A DNA stretch of 64,000 nucleotides, from the NCBI GenBank assembly GCA_951406725.2, contig OX597814.1:159588001-159652000 (forward strand), read 5' to 3'. Source of the stretch: Octopus vulgaris. Lineage: Eukaryota. Numbering within the stretch: position 1 is the first letter of the stretch; every line of letters begins with the position of its first letter. Below are positions 1 through 12,183 of this stretch, piece after piece. The notes beneath the pieces were generated by a model. It was given only the letters and a program-made list of their open reading frames with translations. It was not told the DNA's origin and searched no databases. A program made the position numbers and the translations under genes.

Positions 1-1558
1 GTAATGGATAGAAATTCTCTTAGATAACTCTAACGATGTGCTTCCAATGTAAAATCGTACTTTATTACGAGTACTGATTATACACTGGTATATAGAATTT
101 TTAATCTTAGAGTTACTTGACATAAATTTAATTCTATTGGGATTGACTTCAGATACAATAACCTTGTTATTAATATTTCTAGAGGGTTGGATGGTAGTAG
201 CTAAATTAATGTTAGTATTAGTAAATGTATTAATATTTAACAGTTTGTTATTATGAGAAGATATAATTTGCAAGAGATTTTTTGTGTTTGAAAAACCTAT
301 CCTAACCTTATGTGAATTAATTATAGAGTAATATCTAGAATTATTTGGAAAATTCCTAGCAATAGCTTGACGAAACAGCAGTGGGAGATTAGATTTAATT
401 TGTCTCCCGTAAGGAATTATTAACCAAATATTTTTACTAGTATTCATAGCGTAATTACTTTTGAAGGTGTTATATTTACTTTTAGATCGGTAATAGGGGA
501 ATAAATAAGGGTTATCTGCCTTCATTCGCTTTGTATCGGTGCGTAAGTTATGTTTGTTACCAATAATTCTTTTACGACTAGAAATCTTATCTACATTATT
601 GAATTTACAATTAGACTGAGCAGAATCAATGTAGAAAATTTTTTCTGTATAACCTGCTTTGATTAAGGCAGAGTTATAGAATTCAGCGTTATTATTGAAA
701 ATATCAACATTAGCAGATAATTTAGATAATCTAAATGAAATATTCTTAACTAAATTCTTAGTAATTGCTCCAGGATGATTACTAAATTTGCTAATGTACT
801 TAAGATTGGTCAACGGTTTATGATATGGGAAGTAAGAGTCACTGTGTAAATTAAGCGTAATATCTAAAAAGTTGGCCTTCGTCAGATCGTCATCAAAAAC
901 GATTTTTAAGCCCATTCTACTGAAAAAATTAACTAAACTGTTCTTAACTTTTTGTACCTTTTGGTTAGAAACATTTTGGAGGTAAAGTAAACAATCATCA
1001 CGATATAGACCTCCATAAATGTTAGGGAACTCTTCTGCCATTTCAAAAAGAATATATATACAGACCAAATCAGCTATCTGTGCTGAATCAGAACTTCCCA
1101 TAGGTATATCGAAACTATCTGGTGTGTCTTTACGGACCCACAACTTTAATAATAGATCTTCTGGCTGCCAACACAACATTAATTTCTTCTCGGGTGAGAC
1201 CAGCTTTGTTATGAGCAAGCCAAAGTGCCTTATTAAGTACTATTGGATTAATAGACGAATAAAAATTGGAAATATCAAACTGGATAAACTTCGTACTCAC
1301 CTTACTGTTAATAGACCTAAACCAGTCAACTACGTCAAATGAATTAGTCCATAAACTAAGTTTTAATGTTTTGATTAGATTAGGAATATATTTATCTAGT
1401 ATATTTTTACTAAGGATACCGATGTCAGAGCTAGAAGGGCAGATAAGCCTTAATGATGGGTTAGTAAAAAAATTTGGTTTGTGATCCTTCAAAATAAAAC
1501 TAGGTTGCAATTCTGAGCTATTTTTCATTATTTTTTCTAAAAATACTCTAGTAAACAC
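1..1558 (-). mobile_element. Penelope-like retroelement (Naiad-like) reverse-transcriptase fragment, 5'-truncated and frameshifted; runs off the window start
   Basis: Minus-strand translation gives FIQFDISNFYSSI, DIPMGSSDSAQIADLV, IYGGLYRDDCLLY, NFLDITLNL and YHKP..LKYISKFSNHP, then KNIWLIIPY...SHKVRIGFSNTKNLLQIISSHNNKLL. These are RT motifs plus a linker typical of YRDD-type PLEs. Confidence 0.85.
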
Positions 1559-1823
1559 GGTTATAGAACGAGCATACAGATGTAAGCATTGGCAAAAACA
1601 TACTTTTAGTGCATATAAATAGTATCTATCATTATATATAGTTTAGACTTTAATTTCCTTTATATTTAACATTCACTATTAATATCCTTACTCTTTCTGT
1701 TAGCTACTTATGACGTTATATCATATAACGTTTTTTTAAACAATATTAATAGCGTTCTGTCTATCGCTATACGAATCCATCATTTTTTGCTAAAATGTCG
1801 TATTGACAAGTTTCGTTTTTTCA

Positions 1824-1908
1824 CTTTCCCGAAGAGAAGATTGCATTGTTTATACCTTTTATTCTTTTGAATAAGTATCAGTGGAATTTTTGAAACATAT
1901 GTAGAAAG
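1824..1908 (+). ncRNA. Type-I hammerhead ribozyme-like motif in the inverted pseudo-LTR abutting the PLE
   Basis: Stem I CTTTC/GAAAG, core CCGAAGA, stem II GAAGATT...AATTTTT, GAAA, palindromic stem III ACATATGT, cleavage triplet GTA. Confidence 0.6.
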
Positions 1909-1951
1909 AAAAAAATACTTGTTTAAACCTGCGTTAACTCCATTTTTTATT

Positions 1952-1952
<1 letters not shown>

Positions 1953-2003
<51 letters not shown>

Positions 2004-2025
2004 GGTGTCGATAGGTGATATATAG

Positions 2026-2067
<42 letters not shown>

Positions 2068-2089
2068 GGTGTCGATAGGTGATATATAG

Positions 2090-2131
<42 letters not shown>

Positions 2132-2182
2132 GGTGTCGATAGGTGATATATAGGTGATATATATATATATATATATATATAT
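1953..2182. repeat. (TA)n array containing three copies of ATGTATATATAGGTGTCGATAGGTGATATATAGGTGAT
   Basis: Read directly; three near-identical units separated by (TA)n tracts of variable length. Confidence 0.85.
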
Positions 2183-2494
2183 CACCGTGATCAGCGTGAC
2201 CGATCAGGCTATCAGATGTTGGTACACATCGCTGGTCACAATGCGCTTCGCATTGTTTTAGCCTTCAAATGACGCCACCCCGCTGGCTAAGCGAGCAGGC
2301 TCACAGAGGAAAAAGTGAGAGAAAGTTGTGGCGAAGGAGTACAGCAGGGATCGTCCCCTCGCCCCTACCGGAGCCTCCTGGAGCTTTAGGTGTTTTCGCT
2401 CAATAAACACTCACAACGCCCGGTCTGGGAATCGAAACCGTGATCCTACGACCGCGAGTCCGCTACCCTAACCACCGGGCCATTGCGCATCCAC
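2183..2494 (-). mobile_element. tRNA-derived SINE, family A (tail variant 1)
   Basis: Minus-strand head TGGCCCGGTGGTTAGG...GGTTTCGATTCCCAGACCGGGCG with A and B boxes; head and core shared with 46064-46446 and 54882-55179. Confidence 0.8.
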
Positions 2495-2555
2495 ATGTAT
2501 ATATATATGTGTGTGTGTGAGTGTGTGTGTATGTATATACAGACATACATATACA

Positions 2556-3374
2556 CAGGATGCGGTGGATAAATTGTCGCCCTTTTATATTTTTTTATTT
2601 CGTGCATGCGAATTGTTTTTGATTTTGTCGACTACTCAGTATAGTAGGGTCAGATGGGCACTGTTTGTGAGGAAAACAGCGCCCTGACGTAATTCACTCT
2701 GCCAGAAATTTAGAAACGACATGTTGTACTGTTTGTATTTGCACCAGAAACTCCAATACGAACATTTGAGAGTGTTTTGGTGTCAATATAAGGACAGTGC
2801 AGTGGATTCAGAAAGAGTTGGATGAGTTTAATGGTGATTACGAAGGTGCCTGGCGTGATCAGTAGTGATGGCGACGTTATGCCTCTATTTATCTTCCCAC
2901 ACGGCCTCAGACTCAACACAGAAGCCTACATCAAGTGCCAGGACGAGGTAATACTGCCCTCAGTCAAGAGGGTGGCCGCTGGAAAATCCTATGTTTGGCT
3001 GAACGCTGCACCACACCACACAAGCAGGAGTATACAGTCATGACCGCCAGATAATTTCTGTGACCACATCACCTCTAATATCTGGCCACTTAACTCCCCA
3101 GACTGCAACACTCTTGATTATTATGTGTGGGGTGCAGTTGAGCTAGAGATCAACAAAACTCTTTGTAACACCAAATATGAACTGAAGGCAAGAAGACCGT
3201 CCAGAAGAGTAGCAGGAGATTCCGAAGTCGTCTGAAGGCCGTTGTTGTAGCCAATGGCGATTTCATTGAATAAATTTACTCTTTAGTATTTCAAGATATT
3301 TTTATGTAATTTTGGTAAATGTAGCTGTTAAAATGAGATGGCAGTGTTATTTTCAGTTTATTCACCGCACCCTG
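2556..3374 (+). mobile_element. Decayed Tc1/mariner element, maT-type (DD37D spacing)
   Basis: TIRs CAGGATGCGGTGGATAAATTG / CAGTTTATTCACCGCACCCTG with TA on the right flank. Remnant GVISSDGDVMPLFIFPHGLRLN...N(37 aa)D within WPLNSPDCNTLDYYVWGAVE; contains a stop. Confidence 0.85.
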
Positions 3375-3684
<310 letters not shown>

Positions 3685-3711
3685 GGAATTAAGACCAATA
3701 TTAAGTAATAT

Positions 3712-4112
3712 CAAGTATTGTTTAATGCCATCTAAACACAGTTGTTCCCTAGGAACCGACGATACTACCATGGGGACACCTCCTCCAGCTAGTTATGCAC
3801 CGTACTCTACACTTGATATATATTGCAAGCGAGGAAAGAACTCCCTACTATTTTAGCCCCAAGATCACCAGATCGTACGGTTTCGACCTTCTTATGGTCA
3901 TTCTCGGTGATGGATACTCATCCGCTAGACATAGCAGTCGTTCACTCCACTTCGCATTATACAGAAAAATAAGTGGCACACAGTCACTGATCTTGCAACA
4001 AGCAAACTAGCTAGTCAAGAAAATCTCAATAACATATGCAAGCAGTATTCATACTGCCAAGTAGCGTTTAACGCCTCCTAAACACGGCAGTTCCCTAGGA
4101 ACCGACGATACT
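3712..4112 (-). mobile_element. ~346-bp non-autonomous element with 55-bp terminal direct repeats and a degenerate hammerhead (retrozyme/PLE pLTR-like)
   Basis: 3712-3766 is repeated at 4058-4112. Minus strand 3864-3911 reads ATCA-CCGAGAA-T-GACC/GGTC-GAAA-CCGTACGA-TC-TGGTGAT. Confidence 0.55.
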
Positions 4113-5899
4113 GCGACTTTAACCTCAGGAGGTTAAAATCTGCCTATCTGCTTGTCTGTGTCTGTGTATAAAAAGAATAGCGATTAAACAAATCCAGGCG
4201 AATATCTGAATATCTCTATAAGCATTTTATGTAAAAAGAAACCAGGCTAACGAAGTTGTCCAGGCAATATTAGTGTAATTCGTATAGGCTATTACCTATT
4301 TCTCGTGACAGGTAAAAATTGATCTCCAGTTCGTTTCGGTGTATTATTCATAGAAAAGGCACAAAATATGAACATGGATTATCAATGATTTATTGGGCTT
4401 ACACGTGTTTCAAATACTCTAAGCAATGCATATCCGTTGCATATTGATGTGTGTATATTTATCGATCCCACAGTTGATTGATTAATTAACCAACATTACA
4501 GAGCTATTTACTGCGAAACCATTCTTTTCAAAGCTTACATTGTTTTTGCTAAATTTCATATAGTCTGAGATCATGTGGAAAGGGACTGAACAGACTATAA
4601 ATATTAGATCTCCATCTCTGTTTTATTGCTCAGTGCCTCTTTAATAAAATTGGAGGTTTTCTTTCTTTTTTTTTTATCGGATGCTTTTAAATGAGTGACT
4701 GCTATAGGTAGTTACTAACATGGTGTATGTTACTTGTGATAAGATTGTATTTTCGTTTCTTTTGTTGTTAAGTATAAACCAAGATAGAATGAACTGCAAA
4801 AATTATCATCTTTTAAGATTACTATGCAATTACAGGCTACCGACCGATGTATGTATATCATAAAATTATATGTAAAATTATATCAAATATAAACTTACTT
4901 GGAAATGGATGCGTCGCGTTCAATTAAATAATAAATAATACATAATATATGATATATATATATATATGCATAGATGGACACAGGGCGTTACGAACGGTGC
5001 AAATAACATGAAATACGTAAACAAACGAGTGAAAAACGATTGAAATACATAACGAGAAAAATCGGAAAACAGGACAAATAAACACAGAGAAAGGACCCTT
5101 CATCAGTTGTCGGCTGTCTATCTACTCCTCATTTCGAGCATTCAAAGACAGTTGCTCCCATAAATTCTCAAATAGAATTTAGGAATTATGGAGGGTCAAA
5201 GTTGGGAACAAAAAAATTGCAGTGGAGACATGTACATAGATAGATACGTACACATATATCTACATATATTCAAAATCGAAGAATTAGACCGAATAATAAA
5301 TATGTTATTTTACTTTAGGAAATTCCGGATCAAGATATGATCTTATAGTGAATTTTAAAAACTTTTAAGAAAGGAGTGGAGTGGGCTTAATTATTGAGTA
5401 AAGCAAAAATGGGGTGGAAGGATCAATGAAATATGATACATTATCTTAGTATCTACTTCTAATACATATTAATTCGTAGACGATTACGTACAATGTAATA
5501 TGTTACTCGATATTGCTAATAGGAAAGTAACAAAGGAAATTGAATTTATCTGTTCTTATCAGGGGTACGCTAATTATATTTATTAACCATGTTTATTTAA
5601 TGAGTTAGGGTCGCATTTGAGAATCTGCAGCATTTCTTTGAGCATAATATGCATTTAGAATTCCCTCTATTATAACTTAGAGCGCCTACTAACCATTCTC
5701 TAGAATTTTATATTATTCTCATTGAGGTTTCAAATATGCCCAGTGATCTCACGTTTTCTTTCCTTGTGTACTTAAAGGCAGGTGTATGGTTATGTCATCT
5801 TGACTTAAATTATGTGTAACAAGCACCCATATAATAACATTTTTTTTTATGTGTTATCACGCAATATTTTATAAACTATATTTTTTCTTAAGAATTGGT

Positions 5900-6460
5900 C
5901 TTCCAGAGTGTAGCTTTGACGGTTCCTATAATTACGTAAGTTATCCAGTCTGTTGTTATATCAGTTTCTATTCTCGAGGTTTGCGTTTGGTTTAATTATC
6001 CATACGCATACAAGCATCCCCCATATTTCGAATGTATAGACTTAACCACTTTTCCACACTGCGCTCCCTTTTCTCGGTTAACTAGTAGTTACTTTTAAAG
6101 GCTTTCTTGTAATTATAACACTTGTTAATCGACCTTTGCATCGACTACATTACCATCCCAGAATCTGCAGAAGTTACGTTTTCTTATAGTTTCCCTCTTG
6201 TTAGCCATAACCGTGGTCTTTTATTCTACACACGTGGTCGTTTCTGATGATGACGATGATGATGAGGTTGCTGTTGTTTTGCTATTATGTTTTTGCTTTT
6301 GTTTTCTGACACCTAGAACGATAGATTTGACCACTTCTCTCCACCGATACGACCACCCCACCCACCCAGATCCTCCACTATAGCCAATTATGTGGCATTC
6401 AGATAACATTTTGAAAATCCATACTTTCTTTTCTCACGTGCCTCATATTTGCCTAATATT
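5900..6460 (-). mobile_element. Possible highly decayed 3' end of an RLE-type non-LTR retrotransposon
   Basis: Minus-strand remnant ...KES...MLSECH resembles the CCHC knuckle region; heavily disrupted. Confidence 0.25.
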
Positions 6461-6769
6461 CGCCTCTCTACCCTCACTGTGACAAAAAGTGAGAAATCGT
6501 AACGGTGGGATTGGTGATGCCAAATCAATATCCATTAAAATCTCACCATCGGCGACTAAACCGGCAATCCCATAGAAAATGTTCTATGAGGAGGATATTT
6601 TTCTTTCTATTTGGACATCAAGCAGGAAAAGAAAAGCAAACTCTGTCAAAAGGCGGACGAACACAGAAAAGTCAACAGCCTTCCTAATAGTACTCCTATG
6701 TCAGTATTGCTGCCGATGACGCCGTCACCAGCTCATGATAGTGTCAATAATCCTGTCTACAAAAGGTAG

Positions 6770-7275
6770 TGGGGGGTAAGTTGATCACATCGAACCCAGT
6801 ACTTGACTGGTCCTTAACTTATCAACCCCGAAAGGATGAAAGGCAAAGTCGACCCCTGCGGAATTTGAACTCACAACGTAAAGAGGGGCCAAATACCGCT
6901 AACGATTCTACCAAGTTGCAATAATGATAATGACATGAAGTACAAAACCTTTTTCACTGTTGCCTTTTCATTTCTGTCCTACAGATATCCCATAGATTGT
7001 GCATTTGACATAAAAGACCTTAGAATATTCATATATTCTCCCTTCGTTGCATTCTTGTTTGAAAAGAAATATAATGGTTTTAAATTTTAGGAACAATGCC
7101 AACAATTTCGGAGAAGGAGTTGAGTCAACCCCAGTTCTCAACTGGCACTTATTTTATCAATCCCGGAGGAATGAAAGGTAAGGTCGACCATGGCGTAATT
7201 TGAACTCAGAGCATGAGGACAGACGAAATGCTGCTAAGCATTGCGCCCGGTGTGCTAACGATTCTGCCAGCTCGC
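6770..7275 (-). mobile_element. Two decayed copies of SINE family B
   Basis: Contain the reverse complement of the GTCGACTTTGCCTTTCATCCTTTCGGGG core and of GAGTTCAAATT. Confidence 0.7.
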
Positions 7276-8197
7276 TGATAAATAATAACAAGAGATTTGG
7301 TATTTTAGAACAGATGTGCAATATATTACTTAAGATGTTATGCAAAATACTAAAAATTAGTAAATAAAATTACATGTTCTATAATATTTTGTATAATATT
7401 TTGACTTTCTTTTCTTTGAAGCTTTAATTTGTTTGAAAGTATATTTTGTAGTTTTGAAGACGGTGAAATAATGTTTGTGGTTAAAATGTTATCTTAGATT
7501 TAGTTTAAATTTAGTATTTTAGTCTTGTTCTTTATAAAATTTGATAAAAAGAAATATTGTTGTTTATATTGGTAGTCTACTACTACTTCTTGTAGATCAA
7601 TAAAAATATAACTTTTAGGATATCATATGCAGGTGTATTGTCCAATCATAAGTGGAATATATTTTATGGACTCGGATACTACAACGTGTCAATATTTCAA
7701 CAGTAAAAACTGCCACAAACATTTTTTTCCGTGAACGAAACTAGGTTGAGAAATAAGATAAACCGATATATTATCTCTTTAAAAATTAAATTTATTGTGT
7801 TGAAACTAATTGAAATTATTTCCGAGTATGCGATGATAAGTAACTGCTAAATTAGAAAATAATCTATTTGTCTCTTCGGCATGGGTTTGAAATATTTCAA
7901 GTGGATAACACTAATTGCAAAACCAGTTATATCAATGGAAAATAACTTCATTCCAGCAACAGGCAAAGGGGATCACTTAATAAAGAATGATGAATCATAC
8001 AGGCGAAATTGAAATGATTTTTACTATATACGTAAATACCACATACTTAGTAATCTATATAAAATAAAGATGTTTTTGATACCATTAAAGTAATTAAAAT
8101 TACTATGTTTAGCAAGTCATTTAATATACATTCGTTAAATACTTCTCCTACAATTAACTAATTAAATTACCACATCTTGTTAATTATCATACAAAAG

Positions 8198-8235
8198 TAT
8201 ATAAAGCGGTAAGTTTCAACTGTAAATTATTACTT
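8198..8235 (+). promoter_or_regulatory. Candidate core promoter of reflectin gene 1 (TATA box plus initiator)
   Basis: TATATAAAG at 8198-8206; TTACTT Inr-like motif with A at 8232, 32 nt after TATAAA. Mirrors the gene-2 promoter. Confidence 0.6.
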
Positions 8236-8290
8236 TCGAGAACAACCGTTCTTGCCTGTTCTTCGCTCGCTTCAAACCTTGTTTGTTAAG
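8232..8290 (+). other. Predicted non-coding exon 1 (5' UTR) of reflectin gene 1; intron 8291-13315
   Basis: ATG-free ~59 nt ending at donor AAG|GTGAGA. The matching acceptor has branch point CACTAAT (13284-13290), a pyrimidine tract and TTTCAG| at 13315. Confidence 0.55.
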
Positions 8291-8809
8291 GTGAGACAAA
8301 TTTATTATTATTCTACAAAACAATTTATCGAAGCATAGTAAATCCTTCATAAATGATAAAACATATTCTTTTAAACTTTTATTGGGTGGAATTGCAAGAA
8401 TTCTATATGAATATATTTTATTCTTTACATTTTGCAAATATAAGGTCCAGTACATTCTAATCATGCATGTTTCCTTTCATAAATTAACTTCTCTCTTACA
8501 TTAGTTTGTTTTCAACTCAATTTCATAGTCGCTAGTTTGTAATTGATTCCTATTCAATAATAATGCATTTTAGTGACTTTTAACACACAAATTAACACAT
8601 AATTTTGATATTATCTAAACACATGATGCGCTCATAGACGCTAATTATTATAGGGGGGATAATTTCTTCTAGATTAAACTAAGTTGAGCCAAGTTTGAAA
8701 GTTTGGAATTTAGAGTAAAAAAATAACGAAGGGTACAGAGCATATACATTTAATTTGTTTTCTACACATTATAAATTTCTTAAAGTATCTACTCATTGAT
8801 AGCTATATT

Positions 8810-9415
8810 ATTTACATTCGACGGATATTTGCCCTCATTTTGTTTGTTACGTTTCGTCTGATATACCCTTCTGCTTCTTCAGGTGTCTTGGGGGAAATTT
8901 CGAACCTGGGTTCTCATTCCTAAGCTATTTTTTCGATATTATTATTATTATTATTATTGTTGTTATTGTTCATGTCACTGCTTGGAATCGAACTCGGAAT
9001 CGTGCAGCTAGTAGCCCGCGCTTTTAACCACTATGCCATATGTCCACGGGCATATGGCATAGTGGTTTTTTGATACCATCAAAGTAATTAAAATTACTAT
9101 GTTTAGCAAGTCATTTAATATAATGACTTGCTAAACATAGCTGTGGGCTTATGGCGTAGTGGTTAAGAGCGCGGGCTTCTAACCCCAAGATTCCGAGTTC
9201 AATTCCAAGCAGTGACCTGAACAACAACAACAATAATAATAATAAAAATAACAACAACAACAACATCGAAAAATAGCTTAGGAATGAGCACCCAGGTTCG
9301 AAATTTCCCCAAGACACCTGAAGCAGGCTGGAGGGTATATAAGCCGAAACGTTGTGTTAGCAACAAACAAGATGAGGACAAATATCCGTCGAATGTAAAT
9401 AATGATATACAACTG
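8810..9415. mobile_element. Head-to-head inverted dimer of a tRNA-headed, hammerhead-tailed element, with 16-bp flanking direct repeat
   Basis: Left arm is the reverse complement of the right arm. A box TGGCGTAGTGG (9152) and B box GTTCAATTCC (9197). CATTGATAGCTATATT at 8794-8809 and 9416-9431. Confidence 0.8.
9313..9358 (+). ncRNA. Minimal type-I hammerhead motif (one core substitution)
   Basis: GACAC-CTGAAGC-A-GGCT...AGCC-GAAA-CG-TT-GTGTT. The sister copy at 19583-19628 (-) has intact CTGAAGA and a GGCTG/CAGCC stem II. Confidence 0.6.
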
Positions 9416-9754
9416 CATTGATAGCTATATTTAGCATTATTTCATCCTCCTTTGGAATTGCCAACACAGCATAACTTGAGACAAATAAATTAAGCTAAAT
9501 TTAACATTTTACGAAGTGATGTATATCATCGAGTAAAGATAGGTCATAGTTTAAAAGAGATACTTGAGTTTTTTCTTCATTCTATATCGTGAATTGTTCA
9601 GCAATAGAGAAGAGAAGGGAAGAGAGAGAGAGAGAGATTTCTTACATGTAGTTTAACATTTCCATAGTATTTAAAAAATGGAAAACTTAAATTATTCAGC
9701 ATATTTTATACTACTTCATTAATATACGACCACAAAAACATCATTTACTTTCTC

Positions 9755-9866
9755 GTTTGCTTCCCAACCACATGTTTTCGGCTTTGCACTTTGGGTGTCT
9801 GCTATTGTAGCTTCAGGCCGACCAAAGTCTTGTGAGTGGATAGAAACTGAAAGACACCTGTCGTAT
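9755..9866 (+). mobile_element. Partial SINE family C, followed by (CATA)n to ~10135
   Basis: GGCCGACCAAAG..TTGTGAGTGGA..GAAACTGAAAGA matches 27846-28257. Confidence 0.65.
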
Positions 9867-9895
9867 ACACACACATACATACATACATACATACA

Positions 9896-9929
<34 letters not shown>

Positions 9930-10769
9930 CATACATACATACATACATACATACATACATACATACATACATGCATGCAGGCATACATACATACATACAT
10001 ACATACATACATACATACATACATACATACATACATGCATGCATGTATGCATGCATGAATGCATACATACATACATGCATGCATGTATGCATACATACAT
10101 ACATACATACATACCTACATACATACATACATACATTAAATAAAACGACAACAAGCGGAAAATATGAGATACCTGTATATATATGTACGAGCAAAACGCA
10201 CCACCCCCCGTCCAATGGACGGTGCTGAGTTGTCAAACATTTAAATTAAATTTTCTCAAAACAACTTGTCCGTATAGTGTGTGTAAAAAACATCCTGATG
10301 AGGGGAGTTTCAATTTTGATAATATGAAATATATCTGACACATCTCTGAAACTCTAAATCGTTAAATCTTTAAACTCTAAATCTTTAAATTTTTGTTATT
10401 TTCGGAGGTTTTTAATACGTCCTTTTAATGTTTCATCATCCCAAATTTTTAATTATACCAATATTTTATAACTTTTAAAATGTAAATTCACGGTGTTTTG
10501 TGTATAACACTGACTTATATCTATTTATATATATTTTTATATCTTTATATCTGGAATTTATACATCCGTTTTGTAAATGTGGAAGAATATATGAATATAT
10601 GAATATATGTATCTATTTGGTCTTCGAGTGTTGGTCTTAATTATGTTTCTCTAGTTTCCGCTTGCATTACCTCCGTTCAAATTAAGAAGTGAAATATAGT
10701 TCACTTGGAGCACTACAACTCCAGCCTGTAATTTTGCGAGTATTGTTAACTCTAGCAATCTCAAAATAA

Positions 10770-11800
10770 AGCAAGAAGCATAGGAGAGCGGGTAAATGAG
10801 CATTGGAGACAAATCAAGTAAGGTAAAAGCTCATCGATTCTGTACCAACACGCCGAACAGGAACACGGGGGATCAATCAATAACATAGAAATTAAAATAT
10901 TATCCACACATAGATCAGATGCAACAATTAGATAAATTACAGAAGCTACACACATAATAGAAAATAAACCTAGCCTGAATAGAAAACTAGAATGGAGCAC
11001 TAACACACACCACAACATATGACGATAGAGGATCCTGAAAACATAATAAATAAACAGATAAATAAACTAATAGAAATAAATAACTATATATATATATATT
11101 TTTTTTTTCGATTCGTTTTATTATTATTATTACTAGTATTGTTGTTATACATACATACATACAAGCATATGTAATGATAATAATAAATGGATGTAAACAC
11201 ATGAACAAAATAAGAATAAACAAAAACAACAAAAACAAAAAAACAAAATACAAATTACATGAAAATTACATGAACATATATAAACAGAAGATACAAATAT
11301 TACAGGCATCCCCCCACATACACACACTAAATAAACATAGACGCACATAGAGATATAAGCACGCGCAAATGAAGACATATAATAGAAATACAAAATGGCT
11401 GACGGTTAGTAAGGAGAGACACAAATAAGAAAGAAGAAAACAAAGGACCACTGATGCGGTCACAGGAGTGTGACGAAAGAACTCTGGCCGAAATAAGATT
11501 AAGATTAATGTAAAAATAAATAACACTGAAGCAAAATAACACCAAATATATAGTGCGTGTGTTTTTATTGGCTAAATGTGTGCATGTATGTTCCCTTTCT
11601 CTTTTTTAATTCTGAGTTAATTCTGACTGGCCACTTGCTTGGTAGCAAAGTTGTGAAGGAAAGCGTCTTGTTTTGTTTATTATCTTTAAATCTTAAGAAG
11701 GCCTTGCAAAATTTTATAGTCCCAGATATTGTGATCATTTGTAGTGTATGAAGAAGTTGTGTTCTCTCCCCGAGAACCAAGTTGAGCCATACTTTGCTCT
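10770..11800 (+). mobile_element. Penelope-like element 3' remnant: GIY-YIG endonuclease C-terminus plus tail with degenerate hammerhead
   Basis: Translation SRSIGERVNEHWRQIK*GKSSSILYQHAEQEHGG...IKILSTH...IR*ITEATHIIENKPSLNRKLEW (10770-11000). CCA-CTGATGC-G-GTCAC/GTGAC-GAAA-GAACTC-TGG at 11445-11489. Confidence 0.7.
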
Positions 11801-11846
11801 AGAGAGATTGATATGTAAATTATTGCTGCAATAACAAAAAAAGTAT

Positions 11847-12183
11847 GTGGAAGGCTCATGGCTCAGTGGTAAGAGCGTCGAACTTACGACCGTGAGGTTG
11901 TGAGTTCGAATCCTGGACCGGGCTGCGTGTTGTATTCTTGAGCAAAACACTTTATTTCACGTTGCTCCAGTTCACTCAGCTGTAGAAATGAGTTGCGACG
12001 TCACAGGTACCAAGCTGTATCAGTTTTTGCCTTTCCCTTGGATAACATCGGTGGCGCGGAGAGGGGCGGTTGGTATGCATGGGCGACTGCTGGTCTTCCA
12101 TAAACAACCTTGCCCGGAATTATGCCTCGGAGGATAACTTTCTAGGTGCAACCCCACGGTCATTCGTGACCAAAAGGGGTCTC
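11847..12183 (+). mobile_element. tRNA-derived SINE with CORE-like central domain (family D)
   Basis: TGGCTCAGTGG A box, GTTCGAATCC B box, then TTCTTGAGCAAAACACTT...CACTCAGCTGTAGAAATG. Related minus-strand copies at ~16835-17060 and ~32810-33295. Confidence 0.7.

Noticed and set aside
1990-2182. Repeat-spacer pattern resembling a CRISPR array
   Set aside because: The spacers are just (TA)n, the context is eukaryotic and there are no cas genes.
5098-5140. Type-II hammerhead on the minus strand (GAAA...CTGATGA)
   Set aside because: Core words are present but I cannot form convincing stems I and III.
9150-9220. tRNA genes at SINE heads (also ~11855, ~54890, ~46400)
   Set aside because: A and B boxes are present but there is no complete cloverleaf or acceptor stem, and each continues into a repeat body, some with TSDs.
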